Source: an uncultured Anaerolineaceae bacterium
GTDB taxonomy: Bacteria > Chloroflexota > Anaerolineae > Anaerolineales > Anaerolineaceae
Length of the DNA stretch: 64,000 nt
NCBI GenBank assembly: GCA_964507335.1
Contig: CAZDPK010000003.1
Coordinates: 1,262 to 65,261 of the forward strand
Reading direction: 5' to 3'
This document shows positions 25,955-35,703 of the stretch, one piece after another (the first letter of the stretch is position 1; each line of letters starts with the position of its first letter). The translations under genes and the position numbers were made by a program. Below the pieces are notes generated by a model. The model made no database searches, was not told where the DNA came from, and worked only from the letters and a program-made list of their open reading frames with translations.

Positions 25955-27123
25955 TGAACCTAATCGAGTTGGCTGAAAGCCATTTTCCCCAAACACAGGC
26001 TGACAGGCGACATCTCCATCGCAATCCTGAGCTTGCATTTGAGGAATTCAAAACCGCTGAATTTGTCTCCTCCAGGCTGCAAGAACTTGGATTTACAGTA
26101 AAAAGCGGCATTGCGGGAACGGGATTGGTTGCCAGCTTTGATACTGGAAAAGCCGGACCGTCTGTTCTTTTCCGATTCGACATGGACGCATTACCAGTGC
26201 ACGAAGAAAATGAAGTCGATTACTGCTCACAAGTAACTGGAAAGATGCACGCTTGTGGTCACGATGGACATGTTGCTGTTGGTCTGACAATTGGATGGAT
26301 GATCAGCCAGATTCAGGATCAATTGACCGGTTCTTGTCACCTCCTGTTTCAGCCGGCTGAAGAGATTGGTCAGGGTGCAGTGCAAATGGTGAAGGAAGGC
26401 ATACTCAACGAGATCAAACCCGATTACGTTTTGGGTGTGCATCTTTGGAATGAAAAACCATTTGGCTGGTTGGGAATCACTGACGGAGCTTTTATGGCTG
26501 CCTCAGGGACGTTTGAAATCAATGTGATCGGCAAAGGTGGTCATGGCGGGCAGCCGCAAAACTGTATTGATCCAATTGTAGCCTCCGCTCAAGTCATCAA
26601 TCAGATCCAGACCATCATATCGCGCAACATTAACCCATTTGATTCAGCTGTGATCAGCGTCTGCAGCATTCACGGTGGAACCAGTTTCAATGTTATTCCT
26701 TCGAGAGTGGTCATGACCGGAACGATCCGTTACCTGACAGAAGGTACTTATGCGATCGTTAAGGACAGGCTGGAAGATATCTGTGACGATACTGCCAAAA
26801 CAATGGGCTGCCAGATTGAACTCAATCTCGAGACCCTCATTAACGCTACCTGTAATGATCCAGATGTCGCCAAGGTCGCCAGAGATGCCGTGTCCAAATT
26901 AGGAAGGCAAACTCAGGTGGATTCAACCTATCAAACCATGCTGTCTGAAGATGTGGGTGTATTCCTGGAGCAAGTTCCCGGTTGTTTTGTGTTGGTCGGC
27001 GCTGGTGAAAGTCCATATGGCAGCCCCTACCCGCATCACCATCCACGTTTCAATTTTGATGAACGGGCTATGTCGTTTTCGGCAGCTTTACTTTTACAAA
27101 CTTGTCTGGATTTGGCAAGGTAA
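25954..27123 (+). CDS. M20D-family amidohydrolase (N-acyl-amino-acid amidohydrolase / hippuricase-like)
   Basis: RRHLHRNPELAFEEFKT, MHACGHDGH, FQPAEE and GKGGHGGQP. The start overlaps the upstream stop (TGATG). Confidence 0.85.
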   Translation: MNLIELAESHFPQTQADRRHLHRNPELAFEEFKTAEFVSSRLQELGFTVKSGIAGTGLVASFDTGKAGPSVLFRFDMDALPVHEENEVDYCSQVTGKMHACGHDGHVAVGLTIGWMISQIQDQLTGSCHLLFQPAEEIGQGAVQMVKEGILNEIKPDYVLGVHLWNEKPFGWLGITDGAFMAASGTFEINVIGKGGHGGQPQNCIDPIVASAQVINQIQTIISRNINPFDSAVISVCSIHGGTSFNVIPSRVVMTGTIRYLTEGTYAIVKDRLEDICDDTAKTMGCQIELNLETLINATCNDPDVAKVARDAVSKLGRQTQVDSTYQTMLSEDVGVFLEQVPGCFVLVGAGESPYGSPYPHHHPRFNFDERAMSFSAALLLQTCLDLAR

Positions 27124-27132
27124 AATTACTCC

Positions 27133-27855
27133 ATGAGTGACGAGACCGAAAAGTTTCCAATTTCTTCCCATCTTGAAGAATTAAGACAGACATTGCTCTG
27201 GTCCCTGTTGGGGCTGATTGCCGGAGTGATTGTTGCAGTGTTCTTTGTCAATCCTATCCTGAATTTTCTGACCCAACCGATTGGCGGTCTTCAAAACTTA
27301 CAAGCAATTGAAGTGACTGAGACCATGTCTGTCTATATGCGAGTCGCCTTGTTGGGTGGTTTGATCATCGCGCTGCCATGGATCATTTTTCAAGCACTGC
27401 GGTTTGTGGGCAAAGGACTGAAACCGTCAGAACGAAAGGGTATTTACATCGCACTTCCATTTGCGGTTTTACTGTTTCTAACTGGTGTCGGGTTTGCTTT
27501 CTACGTTATGCTGCCGGCATCGCTTGGATTCTTCCAGGAGATTCTGGATGTCACCACCAGTATCCGTTTAAAATCCTATATTGGTTTTACAACCAACATT
27601 TTGTTTTGGATTGGAGTCAGTTTTCAGTTGCCTTTGGTATTTTTTGTGTTAACAAAAATTGGGATCGTGAATCCAAAGTTACTGATCAAAGGCTGGCGGG
27701 TGGCAATTGTGGTCATCGCGATTTTGGCAGCTGTAATTACACCGACGGGCGATCCGATCAATATGTTAATTTTCATGTTACCGCTTTTTGTATTATATTT
27801 GTTAAGCATTTTACTCTCCGCTTTAGCCAGTAAACCGGCAAAAACGGAGCAATAA
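27133..27855 (+). CDS. tatC: Twin-arginine translocase subunit TatC
   Basis: HLEELRQTLLWSLL followed by six predicted TM segments; 240 aa. Confidence 0.9.
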   Translation: MSDETEKFPISSHLEELRQTLLWSLLGLIAGVIVAVFFVNPILNFLTQPIGGLQNLQAIEVTETMSVYMRVALLGGLIIALPWIIFQALRFVGKGLKPSERKGIYIALPFAVLLFLTGVGFAFYVMLPASLGFFQEILDVTTSIRLKSYIGFTTNILFWIGVSFQLPLVFFVLTKIGIVNPKLLIKGWRVAIVVIAILAAVITPTGDPINMLIFMLPLFVLYLLSILLSALASKPAKTEQ

Positions 27856-27864
27856 GGAGTTGAT

Positions 27865-28062
27865 ATGGGTAGTTTGCAACCACTTGAGATACTGTTAATC
27901 GTTGGGATTTTGCTGTTGATTTTTGGAGTTGGAAGGATTTCAAAAATTGGTGGAGAGCTTGGTTCAGGCATTAAAGCCTTCAAAGATGGCTTGAGTGGCA
28001 AAAACCAATCGGATAAACCAGAAGAAGAAGTAAAAGACAGCGAAGAAAAACCGCAGGACTAA
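27865..28062 (+). CDS. tatA: Twin-arginine translocase subunit TatA/E
   Basis: 65 aa with a TM helix and an amphipathic helix: ILLIVGILLLIFGVGRISKIGGELGSGIKAFK. Confidence 0.88.
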   Translation: MGSLQPLEILLIVGILLLIFGVGRISKIGGELGSGIKAFKDGLSGKNQSDKPEEEVKDSEEKPQD

Positions 28063-28065
28063 GCA

Positions 28066-28407
28066 ATGGAATTTCTGAATTTAGGCTGGTTGGAAATAGC
28101 CTTAATTTTAGTAATGGCGTTTATCGTTCTCGGTCCAGGAAAGATGGTGAAAACTGGTCGCGATCTGGGCAGTTGGATTCGGAAAATGAGCCGTGACCAA
28201 CTATTCAGAGATGTCATCCAGACAACCGACGAGATTCGCCGTTACCCCCGCAAGATCTTTGATGAGAGCCTGCTGGATCTACCACCGCACATCAAACAAC
28301 AAGAACAAGAAGCGTCCGAGTTGGAGAACCACCCGGACGCCTCAGCTCATCAGCAAGAAATTAACGCGGTAGATACGTCTTCATCAACCCACTCCCAACT
28401 TCCTTAA
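28066..28407 (+). CDS. TatA/TatB-family protein (TatB-like)
   Basis: LEIALILVMAFIVLGPGKMVKTGRDLGSWIRKM followed by a longer polar tail. Confidence 0.75.
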   Translation: MEFLNLGWLEIALILVMAFIVLGPGKMVKTGRDLGSWIRKMSRDQLFRDVIQTTDEIRRYPRKIFDESLLDLPPHIKQQEQEASELENHPDASAHQQEINAVDTSSSTHSQLP

Positions 28408-30852
28408 GTTAATCATCATTGTCTCAAAAGCATTGTCAATATCCTCTGCTGGCTTACTTGAGCTGGCGGGTACCAGGCTTTCATAGATCGCCAGAAGCTG
28501 GCTCTTGGTGAAGGTGTGTGCGATATCAAACATGCTAAGAGGGTTGACCATAAGTTCGGGCAGCCTGCGCATGAACTGCTGTTTCACGATCGATGGCAAT
28601 TTTGCCTTCTGGATCAATCTTTGTATACGCTCAATAGGGCTGTTTTCGTATCGGTAGAGCATAATCCCATCCAGAACGATCTCCAATTTTGAGGTGTTGG
28701 GGGAGAATAAAGCTTCCACACTAAGAGTCTTCAGTTTACTGTTATAGTGGCTTTGGACTGGCGTTGGTTTTCCATCCAAATAAGCGCTGAGATTGGTGGG
28801 TTCACTCACGTTATGGATGTCAAATTGCCAGGTTCTACCTTCGGGCAGCCGATTGACAAAGTTACCTCTTGATGCTTCTTTTGTAAGATGCAGTGAACCC
28901 TGGTCAAATGTATGGGTGATCAATGTATTGCAAAACTCACCATCCAGATAAGCCTGACTTTCGCCGTTGTCTTCATAAAGATCGAATTCACCGGCTAAAC
29001 CGGCATACACTTTAACCTTGAAACTCGCGGGCAGGTTAACACCGTTGGCGACTGGATCTGCATTGAGAGGTATGATAGCTCCATCGCGAACAAATACGGG
29101 GATGTCACCCTGCTCGCAATACAAGCTGTACCAGAAACCACCCTGATAAGTTTCGTTTGTGAAAAAGTTGGTCCAGTTGCCTTCGGGAAGCCAGACAGTT
29201 TTTCGGGCAAAACCGGTCATCAGATCGGTGGGGCTGGTGACAGGCGCTACCAAGATAGTCTGACTGAAGGTGTATTGACGCGGGCAAGTGTAGGCTTCCT
29301 CTTTTTCCGACCAGGAATAGTACATCGGCAGGACCAGGGGTTCCCCTGTCCGGGCATTTCGTTCGTTGGCAGTGTAGATGAAGGGTATCAGTTGATGCCG
29401 CAGTTGCATCGCAAAACGGGTGTGCTGGAATATATCCAAACCACAACTCCAGGGAAGACGGTCTATAAACTCATTGTTCGTCGAATGCAGCCTGAAGATT
29501 GGGCTGAACACGCCATACTGTACCCAACGCATGTAAAGTTCTGGATCTTCAACCCCTTCGCAATGCCCGCCAATATCGTGGCTCCACCAGCCATAGGCGA
29601 CGTTCGAAGCGGTTGCTGTCATTTCGGGTTGAAAGGCGAGAGTGGACCAGTCGACAACAGTATCACCTGAAAAGCCGATCGGATAACGTTGTCCACCTAA
29701 CCCAGGCCAACGAGAGAAGATAAATGGGCGTTTTTCGGTTGTTTTACCTTGATCGTAGAAATGGAGGTGGTTGAGCCAGAAGAGTGGGTCCAAACCAGCA
29801 ATTTTCGAGCGGCTACCTTGCTGCCAATCCAACCACCAGAAATCGACACCCTGCTCTTCGAGAGGGTGGTGGAGGACTTCAAAGTAAGCCTGGGCGAACT
29901 GAGGATCTGCAATTTCAAAGGGAATGGGTTGTCCTGAAGCAGGGTCGACCCCCATGCGCGTAGCCATTTCCGAGTACTGGTCTTCATGATTGTGGATACC
30001 TTCGGCAGGGTGAAGGTTTAGGGCGGTTACGAGATTTTTTTTGTGAAGATCGGCGATAAACCCCTCTGGATCGGAAAAAAGCTCCCGGTTCCAGGAATAA
30101 CCGGTCCAGCCTGAAGAATCGTTGCCAGTTTTTGTTTTGTGCCAGTCCATATCAACAATACAGACAGACAGGGGAACTTGTTGAGACTGGAATTCATCCA
30201 TTAGTTTGATCAACTCATCCGAAGAATACGCCCAATATCGGCTCCACCAATTGCCTAATGCCCAACGTGGAAGGAGGTTGGGTTTACCTGAGACCAGTTG
30301 GTGATCCTGGATGGCTGCCAGGTAGTCTTGCGCGTAGCCATAAAAATACAGGTCCTTGTAAGCAATAGATTTTTCCCTTGGTTGCGGCCAAAGGTCTTTA
30401 TCGAGCATTAGGGTTTTGCTGTCGTCTACTATTGCCCATCCAGAGCGCGAAACGAGTCCATCTCCAAGTGGAACTGGTCCGCGGGTGCTGTCAAGCGTAC
30501 GGATAGTTCCACCCAGATTACTGTGATCCGTATCACCATAACGCCATTTTTGACCACTCTTCTTTATCTCGATCCAGAGATCTCGCCAATGAAAGCGGTT
30601 GTTTTCATAGAAATGCAGGACAAGTTCATCTGTCTCGATTTTCAGCCAACCGTCCGACCGGCTGACACAGAAATTTGGGACAGGTTGTTGACGATTCCAG
30701 TAAGTCAGACTGGCACGGTCATCAAAAAGACCCTCGGGGTCTAATTCCATTCGGATCAAACGACTGGTGAGGATCGTGAAACGAGCCTGATTGGAAAGAA
30801 CGATTGCCGTGGGTGAGGCAAGAGGCGTCAAAATAGGTGTAATTTTGCTCAT
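28384..30852 (-). CDS. Glycoside hydrolase family 31 (alpha-glucosidase/alpha-xylosidase type)
   Basis: LPRWALGNWWSRYWAYS, VCIVDMDWH (nucleophile region), VDFWWLDWQQG and GWWSHDIGGH; 822 aa. Confidence 0.88.
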   Translation of the reverse strand: MSKITPILTPLASPTAIVLSNQARFTILTSRLIRMELDPEGLFDDRASLTYWNRQQPVPNFCVSRSDGWLKIETDELVLHFYENNRFHWRDLWIEIKKSGQKWRYGDTDHSNLGGTIRTLDSTRGPVPLGDGLVSRSGWAIVDDSKTLMLDKDLWPQPREKSIAYKDLYFYGYAQDYLAAIQDHQLVSGKPNLLPRWALGNWWSRYWAYSSDELIKLMDEFQSQQVPLSVCIVDMDWHKTKTGNDSSGWTGYSWNRELFSDPEGFIADLHKKNLVTALNLHPAEGIHNHEDQYSEMATRMGVDPASGQPIPFEIADPQFAQAYFEVLHHPLEEQGVDFWWLDWQQGSRSKIAGLDPLFWLNHLHFYDQGKTTEKRPFIFSRWPGLGGQRYPIGFSGDTVVDWSTLAFQPEMTATASNVAYGWWSHDIGGHCEGVEDPELYMRWVQYGVFSPIFRLHSTNNEFIDRLPWSCGLDIFQHTRFAMQLRHQLIPFIYTANERNARTGEPLVLPMYYSWSEKEEAYTCPRQYTFSQTILVAPVTSPTDLMTGFARKTVWLPEGNWTNFFTNETYQGGFWYSLYCEQGDIPVFVRDGAIIPLNADPVANGVNLPASFKVKVYAGLAGEFDLYEDNGESQAYLDGEFCNTLITHTFDQGSLHLTKEASRGNFVNRLPEGRTWQFDIHNVSEPTNLSAYLDGKPTPVQSHYNSKLKTLSVEALFSPNTSKLEIVLDGIMLYRYENSPIERIQRLIQKAKLPSIVKQQFMRRLPELMVNPLSMFDIAHTFTKSQLLAIYESLVPASSSKPAEDIDNAFETMMINLRKLGVG

Positions 30853-30993
30853 GACAATTCCTTTGAATAGAGGTATAGAGATTTTACCGGAACATCAGAA
30901 AAATATCGACAATGTTCATCCGGATTACCTCAATAATCGCCTATTAATTGAATTCTCGATTAGAATCAGACAAAATCTCTTAAGGGAAGGTTT

Positions 30994-32331
30994 ATGGAAC
31001 ACTCTGAACTTCAATCCCCCAAAAAACAACCCAGTAAATTAAGAAACCTGTTTGCCCTGGCATCCGGCTATTTTGTCGATCAGGGTGAAGCACAGGCGAT
31101 GTCAATTTTCAGCCCGGTATTAAGACAGATCTGGAGTCTCAGCGTCGGGAATCTCTCCTGGATTACTTTTATACGAAGTCTGCTCCAGGCACTCAGTTCC
31201 CCATTTTGGGGTTATCTGGCGGACAAGTATTCACGAAAAAAGGTGCTCTTCTGGGGTACCGGGTTTTGGGGAATCTGGACGATTATTGTGGGACTTACCC
31301 AAAATTTCAACCAGCTGCTTCTCGTCCGCGTCATTTCAGGCATCGGTCTCGGCTGCTTGATGCCGGCGACATTCTCAATTATGGCTGATACCTTTGCCCC
31401 CAAGATTCGTGGCCGAATGCTTGGTTACCTGGAAGGGGTAGGAGTGCTTGGCATCATCATTTTTACCTTAGGATTAGGGCGGCTGGCTACTCCAGAGCTC
31501 TGGCGTTGGGGTTTTATTATCCTGGGTATCGCAAGCATCCTGTCAGGTATTACGATTTTGATATTCGTCAATGAGCCTGTACGCGGATCGTCCGAGCCGG
31601 AGATGAAAGATAAGCTCACCTATGAACAGGCACAACGATACAAGGTTCAATTTGAGGATCTAAGAAAAGTCTTAAGCATTCCCACCATTCGTGTCGCAAT
31701 TTTGCAAGGACTGGCAGGCTCCATGCCCTGGGTGATCATGGGCGCTTTCCTGATCTTGTGGTTGGTAGAAGAGCGAGGGCTGTCAACGCAACAAGCACCA
31801 CTTGTTTTTGGTATCATGTTGATCGGCACAGCCATAAGCAATGTTCTGGGGGGCTACCTTGGCGATTGGGCTAACCAGAAAAACCCGAAATATGGACGTA
31901 CGATCATCGGTCAACTTTCGGTCATATTTGGAATTCCGTTAACAATCATCCTGATCAGAGGCACTGACAACTGGAGCATCGTTCAGTTAACGGCTTTCTG
32001 TTTTTTCATAGGCTTGCTGATCAGTTGGCCTGGTAAAGGTGCCAAAGAGCCAATGATGGCGGCTGTGGTTCCTCCTGAACTGCGTTCAACTGCTTTTGCG
32101 ATGACCACCTTTGTCGAAAATGGTTTTGCGGCGATCGTTGCCCTGATTTTCGGGCTCATTGCAGATCGGATCGATTTGCCAACAGCAATTTTCTGGACAG
32201 TACCAATCCCGTGGATTTTTTGCGCGATCCTCTTCTCAGGTTTTTACTTTACTTACCCGAAAGACCATGAGAAACAGCGGCTTCTGTTGGAAGAGCGTGC
32301 CCTGGAATTAGGGATTAAGAACGGAGATTAA
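30994..32331 (+). CDS. MFS transporter
   Basis: 445 aa with about 12 hydrophobic segments. The loop 2-3 motif is GYLADKYSRKKVL. Confidence 0.85.
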   Translation: MEHSELQSPKKQPSKLRNLFALASGYFVDQGEAQAMSIFSPVLRQIWSLSVGNLSWITFIRSLLQALSSPFWGYLADKYSRKKVLFWGTGFWGIWTIIVGLTQNFNQLLLVRVISGIGLGCLMPATFSIMADTFAPKIRGRMLGYLEGVGVLGIIIFTLGLGRLATPELWRWGFIILGIASILSGITILIFVNEPVRGSSEPEMKDKLTYEQAQRYKVQFEDLRKVLSIPTIRVAILQGLAGSMPWVIMGAFLILWLVEERGLSTQQAPLVFGIMLIGTAISNVLGGYLGDWANQKNPKYGRTIIGQLSVIFGIPLTIILIRGTDNWSIVQLTAFCFFIGLLISWPGKGAKEPMMAAVVPPELRSTAFAMTTFVENGFAAIVALIFGLIADRIDLPTAIFWTVPIPWIFCAILFSGFYFTYPKDHEKQRLLLEERALELGIKNGD

Positions 32332-32480
32332 TTTATTATCTGACAGTAACGGTGGAGTGTGCGCTTTTTTGCATTCCACCGTTTAGATGAAGATGAAACA
32401 CAGGTTAGATATTTGTTGTTATTAAAGAAACCTCTCAAGCAAGTGCTCATCACTCGGTGTAAAAAAAGATTTGTATAGGA

Positions 32481-32518
32481 AGAAAAATAAAAGAAACTCC
32501 TCATTTGAAGAGTTTCTT
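32481..32518 (-). terminator. Rho-independent terminator downstream of tRNA-Asp
   Basis: Stem aagaaactc / gagtttctt (32491-32499 and 32510-32518), followed on the minus strand by a U-rich tract (uuuuauuuuucuu). Confidence 0.65.
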
Positions 32519-32522
32519 TGAG

Positions 32523-32596
32523 CGGGAGCGACGGGATTTGAACCCGCGGTCTCGGCCTTGACAGGGCCGCATGTTTGACCACTACACCACGCCCCC
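32523..32596 (-). tRNA. tRNA-Asp (anticodon GTC)
   Basis: Hand-folded cloverleaf. Acceptor GGGGGCG/CGCTCCC, D-arm GTGT/ACAT, anticodon stem CGGCC/GGCCG with loop CTGTCAA, T-arm GCGGG-TTCAAAT-CCCGT. 74 nt, CCA not encoded. Confidence 0.9.
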
Positions 32597-32766
32597 ACAG
32601 AACAAGAAGTTTATCACGCCGGTTTTGATACGTCAAGGAAAAATCGTACAAAATCCCGAATTTCTTTAGACAATTTTAATGTGTTGCTGAATTGAATAGA
32701 CAGCAAATGACGATTTGTTCAATAAGACCGACGTTTCTAAAAGCCAGAAGATTTGTTCAGAAAATG

Positions 32767-32802
32767 GAAAAAAAGAACGGCAGATCAATGACTTGCCGTT
32801 CT
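32767..32802 (-). terminator. Rho-independent terminator after the ytxH-like gene
   Basis: Stem agaacggca / tgccgttct (32774-32782 and 32794-32802), followed on the minus strand by UUUUUUU (A-run 32767-32773). Confidence 0.7.
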
Positions 32803-32819
32803 ATAACCTGAGCTATGTC

Positions 32820-33161
32820 TTAAATTGCTCCAGCTACGTCCTCTGCTGCGTCTTTCACTTCATCTACAACATCTTCTGTCCCAGTCTTTGCTGTGTGGAC
32901 AAGTTTCTGGGCTTTATCTTTTGTTACTTTCGCGACTTCATCAGCCTTTCGGATTGCATCCTGGTAGGCTACTTCTGCGCGTCGTTTGGTTTCTTCGTAG
33001 GATTCCGCACTTTTGTCTTTCAGTTCAATTGCTTTCTCTTTGATGACCTGGCGGGTTTCTTCGCCGGTCTGGGGAGCTAAAAGCAAAGAGGCAATGGCGC
33101 CAGCAAGTGCGCCTACGGTAAAACCCATTACAAATGATCCAAAGTTACTTTCGTCTGACAT
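32820..33161 (-). CDS. YtxH-domain (general-stress-like) protein
   Basis: The N-terminal helix GFTVGALAGAIASLLLAPQTGEETR is the YtxH signature. The rest is charged coiled-coil-like Lys/Glu/Ala sequence. Confidence 0.8.
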   Translation of the reverse strand: MSDESNFGSFVMGFTVGALAGAIASLLLAPQTGEETRQVIKEKAIELKDKSAESYEETKRRAEVAYQDAIRKADEVAKVTKDKAQKLVHTAKTGTEDVVDEVKDAAEDVAGAI

Positions 33162-33183
33162 TTTTTCTCCTATTGTCTATTAA

Positions 33184-33630
33184 TTACTTTTTGAAACGAA
33201 ACATTTCGGCAATTTTCTTAACACTTGCCAGAGATTCGTTGAGTTTGATAACTGGTTCTGTGAGGTTATCGCTCATGAACCTAACGGTCCCTTTCAACGT
33301 GTTGACGGTATCGCTGGTTGAGTGAATGATCGGCCTGATTTCATTCTTGAGCAAATTAGTCAAGTCTGCCAATTGAACGATTAACACAACCAGGGCAACA
33401 CCAATGATAAACATCATCAAAGCCATCAGGATGATGAAAATATCCCTAACTATCGAAACGGTACCCGCATCCGAGAAAGCCAAAAGCACGATCCCGGCGA
33501 TGATAGCTAACAGAACAATTACAACAATCACAATTGCGATCGTGGCTTTCTTGTCGTCTGTCTTAGGAGTTCCTTCCAATTCGGATGGTGCGGTTGTTGT
33601 CAAATTTTTCTGGGTCGGTTCTTCAGTCAT
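33184..33630 (-). CDS. DUF948-like membrane protein (YtxG-like)
   Basis: Two TM helices, then LADLTNLLKNEIRPIIHSTSDTVNTLKGTV. Pairing with YtxH mirrors the Bacillus ytxG-ytxH pair, as I recall it. Confidence 0.55.
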   Translation of the reverse strand: MTEEPTQKNLTTTAPSELEGTPKTDDKKATIAIVIVVIVLLAIIAGIVLLAFSDAGTVSIVRDIFIILMALMMFIIGVALVVLIVQLADLTNLLKNEIRPIIHSTSDTVNTLKGTVRFMSDNLTEPVIKLNESLASVKKIAEMFRFKK

Positions 33631-33690
33631 GTTAACCTCAATAATAATTATATACCAGTATAACTGGCAATTATTATCAATGTATAAACA

Positions 33691-34467
33691 CTAAAGCTCG
33701 TCAATTTGAATTTCTGCTTCGTCAGTTTCGAATAATTCTTGCTCAGGGATCAGAGTGATATCACCAAAATTGACACCTTGCTCAGTAGTGACAAGCCTCT
33801 GTTTCACTAATTCCAGGATCGCCAAGAAGACAACGATTGCTTGCAGGCGGTCATGGCTTCCACCCATGATCTCTGAAAAGCTGGCTTTTTGGTCAGCACG
33901 CAGGATGTGAAGAATTTCCTCCACCTTTTTTTTGAGGGTAATTTTTGGAATACTGATAAGTGCGCCATTTTGCAGCACTGGCTGCTGGCTGGCAAGGTTT
34001 TCAAGTGCAAGAATCAGATCGTCAATGCTTACACCGCTTAAATCAAGCTGGACATTGACAGGATAAGTACGCGGGATATGCAAATGACTGCGCATATCTT
34101 GATTCATACGTTTGGTCAGCCATTCGGTCGTCTTTTTGATCTCCCGGTAGATGATCAGTTGCCTGGCAAGCGTTTCGCCGAGATCTTCTTCTTCCTCGCT
34201 CCTTACTGGAGGTCTGGGTAAAAGGGCTTCTGATTTTATCTGGACCAGCTTGGCAGCAATGATCACAAATTCTGAAAGATAATCTGGTTCAGCATTGCTG
34301 TTTTCTTCAATAAATGCCAAAAATTGGTCGGTTACCTGGGCGAGCGCGAGTTTGCTGATATCCAGTTCAGCCTTCTGGATCAGATCCAGCAACAAATCCA
34401 GCGGTCCTGAATAGACCTCAGTATTGATCTCATAAGAATCGGATTGGTGCAACCATAGTTTTGCCAT
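33691..34467 (-). CDS. scpA: Segregation and condensation protein A
   Basis: YSGPLDLLLDLIQKAELDISKLALAQVTDQFLAFI; 258 aa. Confidence 0.9.
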   Translation of the reverse strand: MAKLWLHQSDSYEINTEVYSGPLDLLLDLIQKAELDISKLALAQVTDQFLAFIEENSNAEPDYLSEFVIIAAKLVQIKSEALLPRPPVRSEEEEDLGETLARQLIIYREIKKTTEWLTKRMNQDMRSHLHIPRTYPVNVQLDLSGVSIDDLILALENLASQQPVLQNGALISIPKITLKKKVEEILHILRADQKASFSEIMGGSHDRLQAIVVFLAILELVKQRLVTTEQGVNFGDITLIPEQELFETDEAEIQIDEL

Positions 34468-34540
34468 ACGCCAATTATAGCCGAGCCGAGGTAAAGTTTG
34501 GGTCTATTGCTAGTATACTTACTTCATTATTGAGGTTGCG

Positions 34541-35626
34541 ATGGCGAAATTTGTGTGCGTTGATTGTGGTCAGGATTATCCGGCAGAGGGTCTGCCTTAT
34601 GTTTGCCCATATTGTGGAGGCATCTTTACGCTTACTGAACTAACTTACGATCCAAAGAAAAAAAATACGTTTCCAGGACTTTGGGCTTACAAAAATTTGA
34701 TGGGAGTCAGTCAAAACCCAGTATGTTACCTCGGAGAAGGCCAGACTTCCCTGGTAGAACGGCAGCACAATGGCATCAGATTTTTTGCAAAATTGGAAAG
34801 CCTTAACCCCAGTGGATCCTTTAAAGACCGCAATTCTGCAATTGTGTCGAGCAGTTTGATTATCAGAGGAATTCAAAATGTGGTCGAAGATTCCTCCGGA
34901 AACGCCGGCGCATCGTTGGCACTCTATACGGCTGCTTTCGGTTTAAAAGGGCAGATTTTTGTGCCTGCCGGAACCACAGGACCCAAGCTGGACCAGATCA
35001 TCGCCAGCGGTGCCAGTGTTGAGGCTATTCCAGGTCCCAGGGAGAATGCCCACCAGGCTGCTCTGGCAGAGCTTGAAAAGGGAGAGAGCTTCTATGCCAG
35101 TCATGCTATGCTGCCTTTTGGGCTGGCTGCGTATGCCACAATTGCTTTTGAAATTTATGAACAACTGGGTAAACTGCCAGATGCAGTGTATTGTCCAATT
35201 GGACATGGCTCGCTATTTTTCGGAATTTTGCTTGGTTTCAAGGCAATCTGTAAACATCTCGGGCAAGCAACCAGACCTAAAATGATTGGAGTACAACCTG
35301 AGCGTTGCGCACCGCTTGTCTCAGCCTGGAAAGACCAGCCATTTTTACCCGGAGGTCTTCCAAGCCTGGCGGAAGGAACCATGGTCACTAACCCAGTAAG
35401 AGGTAAAGAAATTCTTGATGAACTGGCAGCAGGGTATGATGATCTGCTGGAGATCCCTGAAGAGGATATTGAGCCTGCCCGAATAGAGCTCGCAAGAATG
35501 GGTGTATATGTTGAACCAACCTCTGCTATGGTGTATGCGGGATTAAAAATGAAGTCAATTTCTAGCACTGGAATGAATGTTTTGGTTTTTAGCGGTAATG
35601 GGCTAAAATATAGAAAAAACATGTAA
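34541..35626 (+). CDS. Fold-type II PLP enzyme, threonine synthase-like, with an N-terminal zinc ribbon
   Basis: CVDCG...CPYCGG ribbon, the SLNPSGSFKDR PLP-lysine motif, and SSGNAGASLA. Confidence 0.7.
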   Translation: MAKFVCVDCGQDYPAEGLPYVCPYCGGIFTLTELTYDPKKKNTFPGLWAYKNLMGVSQNPVCYLGEGQTSLVERQHNGIRFFAKLESLNPSGSFKDRNSAIVSSSLIIRGIQNVVEDSSGNAGASLALYTAAFGLKGQIFVPAGTTGPKLDQIIASGASVEAIPGPRENAHQAALAELEKGESFYASHAMLPFGLAAYATIAFEIYEQLGKLPDAVYCPIGHGSLFFGILLGFKAICKHLGQATRPKMIGVQPERCAPLVSAWKDQPFLPGGLPSLAEGTMVTNPVRGKEILDELAAGYDDLLEIPEEDIEPARIELARMGVYVEPTSAMVYAGLKMKSISSTGMNVLVFSGNGLKYRKNM

Positions 35627-35703
35627 AAAAGAAACTGCAGATTCGTTTGATATCGGTCGCCAAGAGGATGCTGAACGAATAGGCGGTTCAACAGGGAGTA
35701 GTC

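Noticed and set aside
28384-28407. 24-nt convergent overlap between the tatB-like gene and the GH31 gene, as a possible regulatory antisense arrangement.
   Set aside because: Short 3'-3' overlaps are common in compact genomes, and the exact tatB-like C-terminus is not constrained. Nothing else supports regulation here.
32328-32651. 107-aa minus-strand ORF.
   Set aside because: It runs straight through tRNA-Asp and its terminator, so it is spurious.
32715-33080. 121-aa plus-strand ORF.
   Set aside because: It is antisense to the well-supported YtxH-domain gene and has a Cys/Phe-rich, non-protein-like composition.
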